Origin: Octopus sinensis
Lineage: Eukaryota
DNA length: 64,000 nt
Reading direction: 5' to 3'
Assembly (NCBI RefSeq): GCF_006345805.1
Contig: NC_042999.1
Coordinates: forward strand, 90,954,001-91,018,000
Of this stretch, positions 1-13,484 are shown one piece after another (the stretch's first letter is position 1; every line of letters begins with the position of its first letter). The position numbers were made by a program, and so were the translations under genes. The notes under the pieces are model-generated. The model was not told where the DNA came from. It did not search any database and saw only the letters and a program-made list of their open reading frames with translations.

Positions 1-330
1 AAATGTATTAACACAAGTCAAATATAAAGTGAAGTGAGGGAGTCCCCTTTGACGATACATTTCTTAATAGCTAGAGTTATTTTTATTGTTTCCTCCATTA
101 TTTTTGTCTGCAGAATTGTTTGCTACTTTTTCTTTTCTTGCAATGGTTGATGTAACAGTTGTTTATTAGTGTTATATTACACGGGTTTAATGTTTTCATA
201 AATCACAACATCTGGTAATGAATTCCTGTCATGCACAAACTTTTTCCTTGTACAGTTTTCAATAATGGCTTTGCAGATCATTAATTGATTTAATAACCTC
301 TTCGGTTAGTTTAAAAAACATTTTTTAGTT
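1..330 (-). mobile_element. Highly degraded non-LTR retrotransposon RT fragment (R4/Dong-like)
   Basis: The minus strand reads IKKCIVKGDSLTSLYI*LVLIH near 10-70, resembling the RT motif RGIFQGDSLSPLLF. It contains stops and runs off the window edge. Confidence 0.4.
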
Positions 331-776
331 AAGACTATTTTCCAGAACGAAATGCGTTTTTTTCTTCCTAGATATAAACTTACATGTGTGAATGATCGGA
401 TATGATGTTAAGAAATATACATCCAATTTAATCAACGATCGTGTTATGATTTTCTGTGGTTTATAAATTTATTTCGGAAAACATGATCTTAAATTCAAAA
501 GCAATAGCGTCACCTAATCATTACTTGGTTACATAAGGACTTTGTGTATAGGTGCATTGATACTGCACTAAAGTTTCAAGTTTGAATGCTACATATATTC
601 TCGATAAACTTTTAAAAATTAAAAGAAAAGATAAAAGAACAAATAAAAACGATGTGCTGTAAATGAGTGAGAGAAAGAAGTGAGAAAATGGCAAAACAAC
701 ACTGCATTATTGTTACTAGAAAACGGTGCTCCTGAAGCTGAAATGTATATATATATACGTATATATAAGGCTGATT

Positions 777-1470
777 GTTATGGCCAGTCAGAGAGTAACC
801 ATTGGTTCCGCAACCATAAAGAGCTGGCTATATAGGAGACTCGCCAGACACAAATGGCCGGAGGCACATAACCTCTGTACAGCTCAAAGGAGTAAAACGG
901 TATAATCAGTTAGTCTCGTGAACTAAAAATATATTAATAATCCGGAATGACCATGTAGTGGGGACGGGGTTATCTCTCTTACATCAATTCCAGCTGTGAC
1001 AAATTACGAAGTTGTTGGCGTGATTCTAATCAGCGAATGGGGAATTCTAAACTTACAACAGGAAATACTTGCTTACATCGATTTTTCCCGTTGATATATG
1101 ATCGCGGTTGTTCGAGGAGCCTCTATTTGCTTATGTACGTTGTGCCATACTCTTTTAAACGCCATACCTGCCTGAGCGGGTACGTAATGTCCCTCTTCGC
1201 TATCCTAAGAGAAGACTTGCGGTTATTCAGACGGTGTTTAAAGGGGTCGACCGTGGAATAGATATATTTCCGAGTCTGTGCAGTGGATGTCATACAGCTG
1301 CTGTTGTGTCTTTCATTAACTCCGGGCTCGATGTCGTTGTTGTTTGCTGAAGTTGCTGCCGTTGTTGCCTACGCTGCTGCTCTAGCTACTATTACCGGTC
1401 GACACCTCAACCTCATAAACAATCCTCTCGGCTCCTTTGGGAACTCATTATACACCCCATATGAGCATCC
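777..1470. mobile_element. Possible LTR-retrotransposon LTR/leader fragments
   Basis: GC-richer island. 777-955 runs TGTTATGG...CA and contains CCATTGG and TATATAGG. On the minus strand, ...CCCCACTACA|TGGT at ~955 resembles an LTR end followed by a PBS. No coding homology recognised. Confidence 0.3.
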
Positions 1471-1484
1471 TGCCTTTAAATGTA

Positions 1485-1612
<128 letters not shown>

Positions 1613-1701
1613 GAGAAAATTTCTCTCAGATAATGTTTACTCCAGACAGCTCACGAAGGTTTGGAGGTAAATACAGAAAAATATCACAAGTACATAGATC
1701 G

Positions 1702-1764
1702 TTTGAGTACGTCAACGTTTCAAGATTAGCGAAATAAAATCAGCATTTCTTTCGTCAGCTCAAA
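1702..1764 (-). ncRNA. Type I hammerhead ribozyme (left arm, minus strand)
   Basis: Minus strand: UUUGAG-CUGACGA-AAGA...UCUU-GAAA-CGU-UG-ACG-UA-CUCAAA. The core is identical to the right-arm copy; one substitution weakens the distal part of stem II. Confidence 0.75.
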
Positions 1765-1985
1765 ATTTCTTAATTTGGATTTGGAAACACTAAAAAGAAG
1801 GAACTTTACCTCTCTGCGAACTTGTCGCTTCAAATGAACCAGCTCCAACTGATAGTGCTAACAAATTCAAAATGCGCAGGCGTAAATTTCTGCACTCCTT
1901 TTCCACCCACGTGGTCTATCTAGCAAACATTATATTTTAACCGCGAGAACCAAGGTTTAGTGTTTCCAAATCCAAATTAAGAAAT

Positions 1986-2048
1986 TTTGAGCTGACGAAA
2001 GAAATGCTGATTTTATTTAGCTAATCTTGAAACGTTGACGTACTCAAA
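1986..2048 (+). ncRNA. Type I hammerhead ribozyme (right arm, plus strand)
   Basis: Stem I TTTGAG(1986-91)/CTCAAA(2043-48); core CTGACGA(1992-98); stem II AAGA/TCTT plus distal GCTGA/TTAGC; GAAA(2029-32); stem III ACGT-TG-ACGT; GUA cleavage triplet with A at 2042. Confidence 0.8.
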
Positions 2049-2232
2049 CGATCTATGTACTTGTGATATTTTTCTGTATTTACCTCCAAACCTTCGTGAG
2101 CTGTCTGGAGTAAACATTATCTGAGAGAAATTTTCTTTAAGTAGTAGAAACGGCTAAAAAATTTTTTGGGCTGCTATTTCTACTAAGTTCTGTATGTGGC
2201 AAAATAATTTATTTTACTAAGCCCTAATTATA

Positions 2233-2648
2233 TAATGTAATATTTTGAATTCGCCTTAAATGGTCCTTTTACATACTGAACACTTGGTGAAATTGATTAA
2301 TTAATTTTACCCTCAATTGTTGATATATGTATATATGTATATCACCGTGACCTCCCTGACCGACCAGTTTATCAGATGTTGCTACATATCGCTGGTCACA
2401 ATGCACTTCGCATTGTTTTAGCCTTCAAATGACGCCACCCCGCTGGCTAAGTGAGCAGGCCAACAGAAGAAAGAGTGAGAGAAGGTTGTGGCGAAAGAGT
2501 ACAGCAGGGATCACTACCACTTCCTGTCGGAACTTCGTGGAGCTTTAGGTGTTTTCTCTCAATAAACACTCACAATCGAAAACCGCGATCCTACGACCGC
2601 GAGTCCGCTGCCCTAACCACTGGACCATTGCGCCTCCACATATATATG

Positions 2649-2721
<73 letters not shown>

Positions 2722-2827
2722 AAAGGGCTTAATGTAATAATTTGAATTCGCCTTGAATGGTCCCTTTGCATACTGAACACTTGGTGAAATTGATTAATAA
2801 TTAATTAATTTTGCCCTCAATTGTTGA
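2233..2827 (+). repeat. ~95-bp direct repeat pair (2233-2323 and 2730-2827) flanking a SINE and a TA tract
   Basis: taatgtaatattttgaattcgccttaaatggtcc...ccctcaattgttga recurs with a few substitutions and a small indel. Confidence 0.9.
2340..2639 (-). mobile_element. tRNA-derived SINE, group C (head GTGGAGGCGCAATGG(T/C)CCAGTGGTTAGGG)
   Basis: Pol III A-box-like head. Head and body match the copy at 46049, and the tail matches 56551-56672. Confidence 0.85.
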
Positions 2828-3075
2828 AATTATATATATATATATATATACATGTACATATATGTATAATTACATGTAAATATATATATACGCATAGGCA
2901 TATAATTGCCCTAGCTTCTCTCTCTCTCCCTCTTTTGATATATATATACATACATACATACATACATGCATACACACATACACACATACACACATACATA
3001 CATACATACATACATACATACATACATACATACATACATACATACATACATACATACATACATAGAAATATAATA
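2640..3075. repeat. (TA)n and (TACA)n microsatellites
   Basis: Direct reading; these explain the [12 protein letters not shown] ORFs. Confidence 0.95.
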
Positions 3076-3099
3076 TATAGCTAGCAAAAAAAAACAAAA

Positions 3100-3600
3100 T
3101 AACAATCTGCTACATATACCAGCCAATCTTCATACTAACAAACACATGGAAAAGTATTCTAAATAATATACTTGATATAAAGTTTGGGAAGAAAAGTCTT
3201 ACGGTCACAAGTTGTACGTTGTTCACTAACAACTTAGATTTTGAATATAACAATAACAACAATCGCAAAAGTATCAAAACTACAATATATAAATGAAACA
3301 TATGGAGAACGACAGACGTAGAGCAGCAAAAAGGACCAAAAGAACTAAGAAAAGTAACTAAAATCGTGTTCCACCATGACTACAGATTATCGATCATCAA
3401 AAGCTGAAAGACCGAAAGAGAATTATATGAACGAAAATATGAACAGAATTGAATATAACAAGATCAAAGTCCAACCAACAAATATAGTTAAAAATTTTCG
3501 ACTAGACTATGGCATGAATATTAGAGTTGAAAGAATTAAAGAACTGAAATCGATGAATTTTCCCTTTTACCATTCAAAGACTTGTTACAGATATAATTTT
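3100..3600 (+). mobile_element. Possible very degraded LINE RT fragment
   Basis: Weak motif echoes: TYQPIFILTNTWKSIL (~YRPITCL..YK) and NFRLDYGMNIRVE (~FS.DIGM.F). Confidence 0.25.
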
Positions 3601-4336
3601 ACATAGCTTCATATATGACTGAAATTGCCACGGTTAGTGTAATATCGGAAATTTCAGACCGGGTCCTTCAGAGTAAATTTCACTATTGAGAAAAAAGAAG
3701 AGTATTTCATTGTACTCTTTCTGTCACTTTTTCGAAATACTACAAGTCATGTAATGCAGACCACCAAAGTCTCCACCACCACCACCACCACCACTTTATG
3801 AAGTTTGAAATATAAACACATCTCCTTCTCTGTCTGTATTTCGCCTGGAAATTGTTATCTTTACTAAGGGTGTGTGTTTCACATTTCATTCAGCAACAAG
3901 GCAGGTTTCCCTAGACAGTGGATGCTTCAGTTCCTTCGTCTCTTTACTCATGGTTAAGTAGCACGCTTTGCGATTTTAAATTGCCTCGTTTTTGAATTTC
4001 TTCTTATTTGAGATGAGCTCTGTTTAATGGAGACTGGCTCCTCCATTACAGGCTGTCTTTCATAGGTTTTGACGCCTTCCCGGAACACATGCGTTTTACT
4101 GCTCATTTGCATATGTTACGAACAAATCCACTGATCCGCTTCAGTTTTCATCTAGTCCCTATCTTTATAAATAGATGTGGTGGTATTGCTGAGAGAAGCG
4201 GTTTTCCGATCATCTAAGTTTGGCTATTATTGTAGTCTTAGCCCACGCATTTTCTAATCGACCGTCACCTGTCAGTCAGCGAAGCTGATTCAGTGTCAGC
4301 TTGTCTCACCTAGTAATGTTATTTCCCGTCGGCATG

Positions 4337-4960
4337 TTATGACTTTCAAGCCATTTTTGGTCTTCCCGCTTCAGCCATATATAGAAGCTGGCTTTTTCGA
4401 CCACCTCCTGTACTCTCATTAGTTTTCGCAGCTCGGAGCTAGAAAATAACAAATCTTTTTTTGAAAAGCGTTGTCATTTTCCTTTCAATGAAGCCTCTAG
4501 CCCCCACTGCCAGGTGATAATATTTGACATTCCATCCCTGTTCTCTGCATTCTTCGATTAGCTTTTCGTATGTCTTTTCCTTTCGTTCCTCTGCATTGCC
4601 GATGTTCTCTTCCCAAGGTACTGTCAGTTCTAGTAAAATTCCTATTCTCCGGTCTCTGTTCCATAGGACTAAATCTGGTCTTTTTTCTCGTTTTTATTAG
4701 TGGAAATATTACTTGTCTTTCCAAATCCATGGCCACCTCCCAGTATCCCTTCCATCATTCGTCTATCTCGTATGCTTTACTTGTAGGTCTGGTTTTATAT
4801 CCTTTTCCCGCCTTATGTTCTTGGTTCTTAACTATTGGCAAATATAATGGAATGTCTTTTGACAGTTCAAGAATTTGCGTTGGTCTACCTAAGGAGCAAC
4901 TTCTATTTGCTGCTGTTGTTGCTTTTGTAATTTAAAAGATTCTGGGCGTAAAGTTCTTAA
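4337..4960 (-). mobile_element. Non-LTR retrotransposon 3' end with restriction-like endonuclease (HERO-like clade)
   Basis: Across frameshifts the minus strand reads RPDLVLWNRDRRIGILLELTVPWEENIGNAEERKEKTYEKLIEECREQGWNVKYYHLAVGARGFIE...KASFYIWLKRE, with a stop at 4337-4339. This is a PD-(D/E)xK RLE signature. Confidence 0.85.
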
Positions 4961-6807
4961 ATGTTTATTTATTTATCTTTTTTAGTGTCACTTTTAGCAC
5001 GTGGGTCTTTTGTTCCGATACTGTATTTCAATCACAACTCGATGAAGCACAACTCTCATACTGCTTGGTGGCTTTGCAAATTCAAAAGGATTTTCGATAT
5101 GTGGTCCCATCGTGACCACTTGGAACCACATACCACAGAAAGTTACATTTGCACTGACCACCTGCAATATTATGCCACGGAAGTGACTATTAGGTAGAAG
5201 TTGGCGTAGTTAATGAATTTCTTGGTGGTGACACTTGTATTTCTTTTTCCTAAATATTCTGGAACTCGTTTATATGCAGGCGGATTGCATAGAATTTAGA
5301 CTGTCACTTTAACTGCTAGCTCAGATTGCCTAATAGATAAAACAGAATACAAATGTTTTCTGATTCAAAAACGAAATCTTTAGGAAGTACATCTATGTTT
5401 CTCGTCTTATCATCCATCCTTTTTGATGCTAGATTGTTACAACCTAGCGCTTGTCTTCTAAAACAAAATGTTTGTTAAGGTCTTTCAGCAAAATGTTCCA
5501 TTTATAGTTTTATCTTCCATTGAAGAACACTCATGAATGATGGCATTTTGTCAGTCTTCAAAACAATTTAGCTTTACAGTATCGTGTTTGTACTATGAGG
5601 TTTTTTTTTTTAGGTTGTCAAGCATGTTATCTGATATGCAATGCTTTTTATTGAAGTGGTATATTATTGAAATGGTGTAGTATTATTAATAAAATGGTAT
5701 TTTATTGAAACGGTATATTCTATTTATTGTAACTCTTTTGTGATGTGTTCATTAATATTATTTTGACAATTTGACAATGGCATTTACCGGTGTAATTCTC
5801 TTTGGATTGCTACCGAAAAATAAGAAGCAATTATTTTTAAAAGTACAATTAAAAAACGGAGAATTTTTGGAGTAATTTATTTTTAATATCTGAAGGAATC
5901 AAAAGGAGATATAATACAAAAAAAAATGATAATTATAAAGTTTTTTAATATATTCTCTACAAGCGCGTCAAATAAAGGTATATCACAAAGGCAGATAACA
6001 AAAGCGTGGGATTGTACAGAGAAATTGAATGGAGAAAATTATTGATTTCGTTTTACAATCCTAATTATTTCGAATTGTCAACGACATTTGTTTAGAAATA
6101 TGAACGATTTTAATTATTAAATTTGTTATCATTTAGTATCTTCTCTGCCGATATTCAGTTTCCCTATGGTTCTATGGTCAAAGGCGTTTCAGTCCTGATT
6201 ACCTCGTATTTGTACTTCTATAATTGCATTTGTGGCTATATTCTTCTCCCTCTTTTTTAAGACAGTGGAGTATGATGTGACGGAATTTCTCCAGGGTTTC
6301 TAATACTTGGATTGAAAGTGTAGAGGCTCTTGAGTTGGCTTGAGCAGACATATATGATTACAAATGAGAGTCCACAATAATTTCACTACATTAACACATT
6401 TTCCGTAAGCTATTTATAGAGATGCTTTTCATTACTTGTTTCTTGTTATAGTTTAAGGAGAATATTAACATACCCAGTTGCATGTGTCTGGGATAGCGTA
6501 TTGGCATTTATTATCATATTCAAAATTGATTGTGATAGAAGAGTGACTAAATATTTATTGAGTAGCATAACAATTTTATTGATTTATTGTGATTCAACCA
6601 ACACATTATGAGGTATAGAAAACATCTGCAATATTAAAATCATGGGATTTCGTGCGAAGCTTTTTGGAAGTCTATTAATTAAATTTGGTTTGCATCTTTT
6701 GCTTCAGATTCTTGAACCTGTTTTACCAGTTTATTATTCGTAGTATCGAGTTAACGAAGGATAGGCATCAATATCCGCTCCTGCTAATCCTGTAAATAAT
6801 ATACTAA

Positions 6808-8280
<1,473 letters not shown>

Positions 8281-8673
8281 GTACACATATTATGGCTTTC
8301 TAACATGAGATGATTGAGATGATAACACATCTTGATTTTATATCTAAAACATTCCCCAATGTATACATAAGAGCGTAGTCTCTTTTAATAGTATTATGAC
8401 ATAGTATTGCACCAAAAAATACCTATTCATAAACATCATGAAGATAATCATCAGACCTATATGATACTAAATCTTACAAAATGGCTATATTTCATGATTG
8501 AATAACATTAAAACTTGTTCGATACTTTATTTTCAAAACTGAGTTTCAGTTCATAGAATAACACCGATTCAACTCTGATCTGTTTTGGATTTTATAAGGC
8601 TCATAAGTGACCCATGTTAGAGTATTCTCACATTCTGGCGCTTTGTGACTGCTGAACACAAAGCATCCCACGC

Positions 8674-9082
8674 TATTCTTTTATTCTTTTATTCTTTTAC
8701 TTGTTTCAGTCATTTGACTGCGGCCATATTGGAGCACCGCCATTAGTCGAGCAAATCGACCCCAGGACTTATTCTTTGTACGCCTAGTACTTATTCTATC
8801 GGTCTCTTTTACCGAACCGCTAAGTTACAGGGACGTAAACACACCAGCATCGGTTGCCAAGCGATTTTGGAGGAACAAACACAGACACACAAACGTATAC
8901 ACACATAGGCACATATATATATACATATATACGACGGGCTTCTTTCAGTTGCCGTCTACCAAATCCACTCACAAGGCTTTGGTCGGCCTCAGGCTATAGT
9001 AGAAGACATTTGCCCAAGGTGCTATACTGTGGGACTGAACTCGGAACCATGTGATTGGTAAGCAAGCTACTTACCACACAGC
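8674..9082 (-). mobile_element. tRNA-derived SINE, group A (CORE-like body; resembles Octopus OR-type SINEs)
   Basis: Shared body ccttgggcaa(g/a)tgtcttctactatagcc...gactgaaacaagtaaaaga; eight copies in the window. Confidence 0.85.
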
Positions 9083-10714
9083 AAGTATTTCAACTGAAAA
9101 TGATTCGCAATGAATAACAATTTACGCATCTCTGGACTCGCATACAATTTACAATAATTGCGAACGTGATTTGTCTCTCTTTTTCTATGTTATTCTTACT
9201 TTATTTTCATTCTCTGATCCTGTACTGAAGAATTTCTTTTAAGCAGAACGGCTTATACTCACGTACTACTAAGATTTTCCCAAACGTCATCGACCTAAAG
9301 AGATAGAGCCAATAGAGAGGTCATTCTCTCTCTCAAATCATTATCTTCCAACTTAAGAAAGACGCATAATAAATGGTGTACATCTTGATGCAATGGCTTG
9401 AGTGACAAAATAGAATGGTAACGGGAGTTAATATTGATCTTTTCAGGGCTGATTCTGGATTAAACTACAACAGCAATCAACTAAAGAGAAAATATTCCAC
9501 TAGTAATTGTGAGTACACTTTCTCCTCCTTGTAAATACGGAATAAAGTAGCAACAGTTTTCCGTTTCTCTGTAAATTACAAACCAGTTTGGCAGATCCTA
9601 TCTCGTTGAATATTTTGGATATTTATTGATCTTTCTGCTCATATTGATTTCATTTTCATTAAGTAAACTTATTTCATATGATATTTAATTTCAAATTACG
9701 CTTAAATTGTTATTAACTCGAGAGAAATATACATAGAATAACCCAATGTTATAATAATGATCCAATTAAACAGGGCATTGTGGCGAATCGCTTGCGCTGG
9801 AAGAGGATGACCATCCCTTGAGTGCGTAATAGAATTTTCCTCCTATAGAAATACATCTATCAATCGGAGATCAAAAGTCTGTAACAAGTAGTACAAGCGA
9901 TAGCTGTCGATATATTCTGGCACGAAAGAGTCATTTATGTAAAAGTACTTATCAAAATATGTCAGGGCGAGTTCGTGTTGTCCTCCCATCGGAAATAAAA
10001 TTATATTTCTAGTAACGTACGCGATTTGCTATAAAGTTTCGAAATTATAGGTTCGAAGAAATGTAGGATTTTAAAAACATTGTAAAAGATCAGATATATT
10101 TTAGAGGCGAAAACATTGAGTGAAATCGAAATAATTTTTGTTATATCAACTTGCTTTTGTTGATTATGTCATAAAGATAGCAAAGCATTATGTCTACCGA
10201 TACTGGCAATCTCTCCCCCACCCCCGGAAGACGGAGGCCGGATTGAAGGTAATGTTTAAATGCATCAATTACTGGATGCATATTAACATCTGCCAACATC
10301 ACAAGTAGTACGTATTTCCGAGCCCCTCAAATCAGCTGTCGGTCCTGAAATATACTCTCTACCCCTAGTTTTCTGTATTTTGTACTTCATGGAAATCTCT
10401 TTTGTTAATATATAAATAGATTTATGCTTAATCATGAATATACATCTAAATATTTCAGTTGTTGGTTCGCTCTGTAATATATCCCTTTATATATTTACAT
10501 GCAGATATGTATATACAATTTATATATCAAGTCCAAGTGTATTTATTTTGTTTTCTTTTTTGTATCATTAGCTCCATATCAGCTTACCTGGATTCCTCTT
10601 ATAGCCATTCTTTAGTTCTCGGACTTAGACCACGATAAAGATTTTGGAGTGAAAGTTCAAATCCTTTCAGCACTAGTACGATACTTATACACGCACACTC
10701 AAACAAATAGACAC

Positions 10715-10729
10715 ACACAAACAAACAGA

Positions 10730-10797
<68 letters not shown>

Positions 10798-10822
10798 CAC
10801 GCACACACACACACACACACGC
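10715..10822. repeat. (CA)n microsatellite
   Basis: Direct reading. Confidence 0.97.
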
Positions 10823-11793
10823 ATAACGTCTGGAAAGTCACGGCTGTAACGCCATTGCTATGCCCATTTTTTACTCAATCAACACTGACCACTAGTTAAA
10901 TAAAACTAGTCCCATCACCATGCGAAATGAAAACACAAGATGATTCTATAAAGGAATCTAAATTTTCAAATAATTAAAAAGAAAGGTTATCTATTTTGTA
11001 ACAAGTTAAAATTTTCAATTTTTATAAATTTCCCCAACTGTGTCAAGACTCTTATCACAACATGCCTGCGGTTTTTAATTCCAAGACTATTCTTCCCGTA
11101 CCTTAAACGGCTATATCGTCGGCCTATTATTTTTCTGTAGGATCTTTGTAATTTTTCTCATTTTACAATAGCTTCGTTTTCAAGCATACTGCACTTTACA
11201 TATCCTTCAGAGTTTTAGTATTTGTATACTAAAACAAGTATAGTGAAAAGTGCATCCACTATCACAAGTACATTTTCTACTTAATTTGTACACACACACA
11301 AACACACACACAGACACACACACACACACATACAGATGTGTGCGTGCGATGGTACAAAATATACTTAACACGATTTTGTGATATTTACTTATCTTGAGAT
11401 TTATATTTTGAATTGACTTTTCTTCTTGGCTAATTCAGAAAAACATACCGGGTTTCATGAAGTAGTTGACTTTTAAATTATGGTCAAACGGCAAATATAT
11501 TTCTTAAGATTACTTTTATTCCTAATTAGCTTTGAAACTCGTAGTTATTTACTCAATTTATTGACTCTGATTCAAATACTGATTTGCTATGCGCTTTGGA
11601 AGTTTACTATTATCTTGCAACTATTACTCGTTTCATCGAATAAAACAGCAGATAGAAAATCTTTCCATTTATTATTTTCAGTGAAACCTGGTCCCTAGAA
11701 AGCATTTTATACATATATGCAAAACATATATTTTAATCGAACTATATTTTAATCGAAATATATCTTTGACATATTTTAACTTCTAAGGGCAAA

Positions 11794-12060
11794 TTAACTG
11801 CAGGTACCGTGGAGAAAAATTCTTTCTCATTGAAAAAGGTGTAAAATCATTACGAGCGCTACTACGTTGCTGATGTTGATTGTTTTAGATAAAGCTAGGA
11901 CTTTGAAGCTACTCATGGTTATCTCATTTCGGTATTTCCCGTTGAGGGTAAAGAGCCAGAAACGCGTCTGTGATCTCCTAGAGGAAAGCACTGGGGAGAT
12001 ATGGTATTTTCACAGCTTTTACCATCGGCGATAATATTTCTGAATGGTAACTGCAGTTAA
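11794..12060. mobile_element. Putative MITE with imperfect TIRs, TTAA at both ends
   Basis: Left TTAACTGCAGGTACCGTGGAGAAAAATT vs reverse complement of the right end TTAACTGCAGTTACCATTCAGAAATATT; partial similarity continues for ~55 bp. Confidence 0.5.
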
Positions 12061-12129
12061 GTTGCCTTTAGAACTTAAAAACATACCTAAACTAACCTAT
12101 AGTTCGCTCATTCCTCATCTGCGCTTGGC

Positions 12130-12460
12130 GTTGATGCTGTTATATATTTAAATGTCTGGTTTATATCTTTTGTTATACGATTGTTCCGAAAAGTGGTATC
12201 AGCGTAAACGTAGAATCAACCAACAAAATCTTGTTAGTTTACCTTTTGGTGTCACCGATCTGAACACAATTACCGTCCACACAACACCTGCAGAAATCCA
12301 TTTGCTATAGCCTGGTGTCCATTTTAGTTAACTCGATATCTTAATCAAGAAGACACTAATAGCAATACTCATTAATTATCGTTATGCACTGCTTACAGTT
12401 GTAATGATATTGAAAACATACATGGAAATCACACAAAAGCTTATGCAATCGCTACAAATA
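12130..12460 (-). mobile_element. Possible very degraded LINE RT fragment
   Basis: Weak echoes on the minus strand: SKWISAGVV and YVYADTT (~YADDT). Confidence 0.2.
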
Positions 12461-12673
12461 CCACGAGTGATCTTTCATGTCAAGATTCGTAAATCTAACA
12501 TTTCCAAAACTGCATTATAAACGCTTGGGTTGTTACTTATAGCGGAGAAATAGTTCTCTCCTTATCAGTAAATAACACACTAGAAAATTCCTAGGAATCG
12601 TACTCTGCTCATATATATGGAATTGTGCTGTCGCTATACATAGACAGTTCATAGACAGCATGCAAAAGATTCC

Positions 12674-12715
12674 TGGCTGATACGTGTTGATGAATGAATC
12701 AACACGTATCAGCCA
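12674..12715. repeat. Perfect 18-bp inverted repeat with 6-nt loop
   Basis: TGGCTGATACGTGTTGAT-gaatga-ATCAACACGTATCAGCCA. Confidence 0.95.
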
Positions 12716-13484
12716 TTAGTTCACAAACGGGCAGTTTCCTTGCCTTGTCTCTCCTGTTAATATCAAAATGGACTCTACATATTTCAAGTAGCAAACATAA
12801 CTTTCCAGGCGCCAAACATATTTCCTCGGAAATCTTAAATTTACAACATTGTATCTGACAGATATAGTCGATAATGTTATATCTAGTAAAAACAATAGCG
12901 AAGTAGGAAAACGTCTGAGCGTAAATTGTAAATGTCAGTTTCGCTTAAGTCACTTATAAGACACATTGTTTTATGATATAGATTTAAATCGATTGTTTAA
13001 AGGTTGTTTAATTTCGTGTGAAGGATTTTTTCAACAATTTTATCTAATCTAGTTACTTTAATATTTCTCAAAATTCTCAGCAAAAGACTTTCCTTATTTT
13101 TTACAGATTTTTTTTAGTTAATTTGCTTGTGTGTTGATTTAATTTCCTATCTAGAACTTGAAATATTTTTTTCATATTATTACATTAAAATACCACTGGG
13201 GAAGTAATACTGTTATAGAGGCAAACTTTTAATTTTCAATCAAGTGACAGTGTAATGAAAATATGTAAGATTGATTATAATGACACAAATTTATCATAGT
13301 TCAAATGAAACCAGTATATGACATTTTCTGGTATTTTAGTTTCACCCAAAGCTATGCAGTGATGTTAAATAGACTAGGATTTGAATTCAGAATCTAAAAG
13401 GAAATTTCTAAATACTGCAAAAACGTTAATCCGACATTAACAATAATGGTTTCAAATCTTAGCCCGAGGCCAGAAATTTTCTGG

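Larger units (their letters stand above)
1614..2136. mobile_element. Foldback element with ~180-bp inverted arms (1614-1794 / 1956-2136) and ~160-bp spacer; Penelope-like/retrozyme-like non-autonomous element
   Basis: The arms are reverse complements (AGAAAATTTCTCTCAGATAATG...GGAAACACTAAA); I found one mismatch (gattagcGaaat vs gattagcTaaat). Each arm contains a hammerhead motif. Confidence 0.9.

Noticed and set aside
10585-10612. Minus-strand ATG GCT ATA AGA GGA ATC CAG|gtaagc (possible first exon)
   Set aside because: Seven codons only, with no downstream exon identified.
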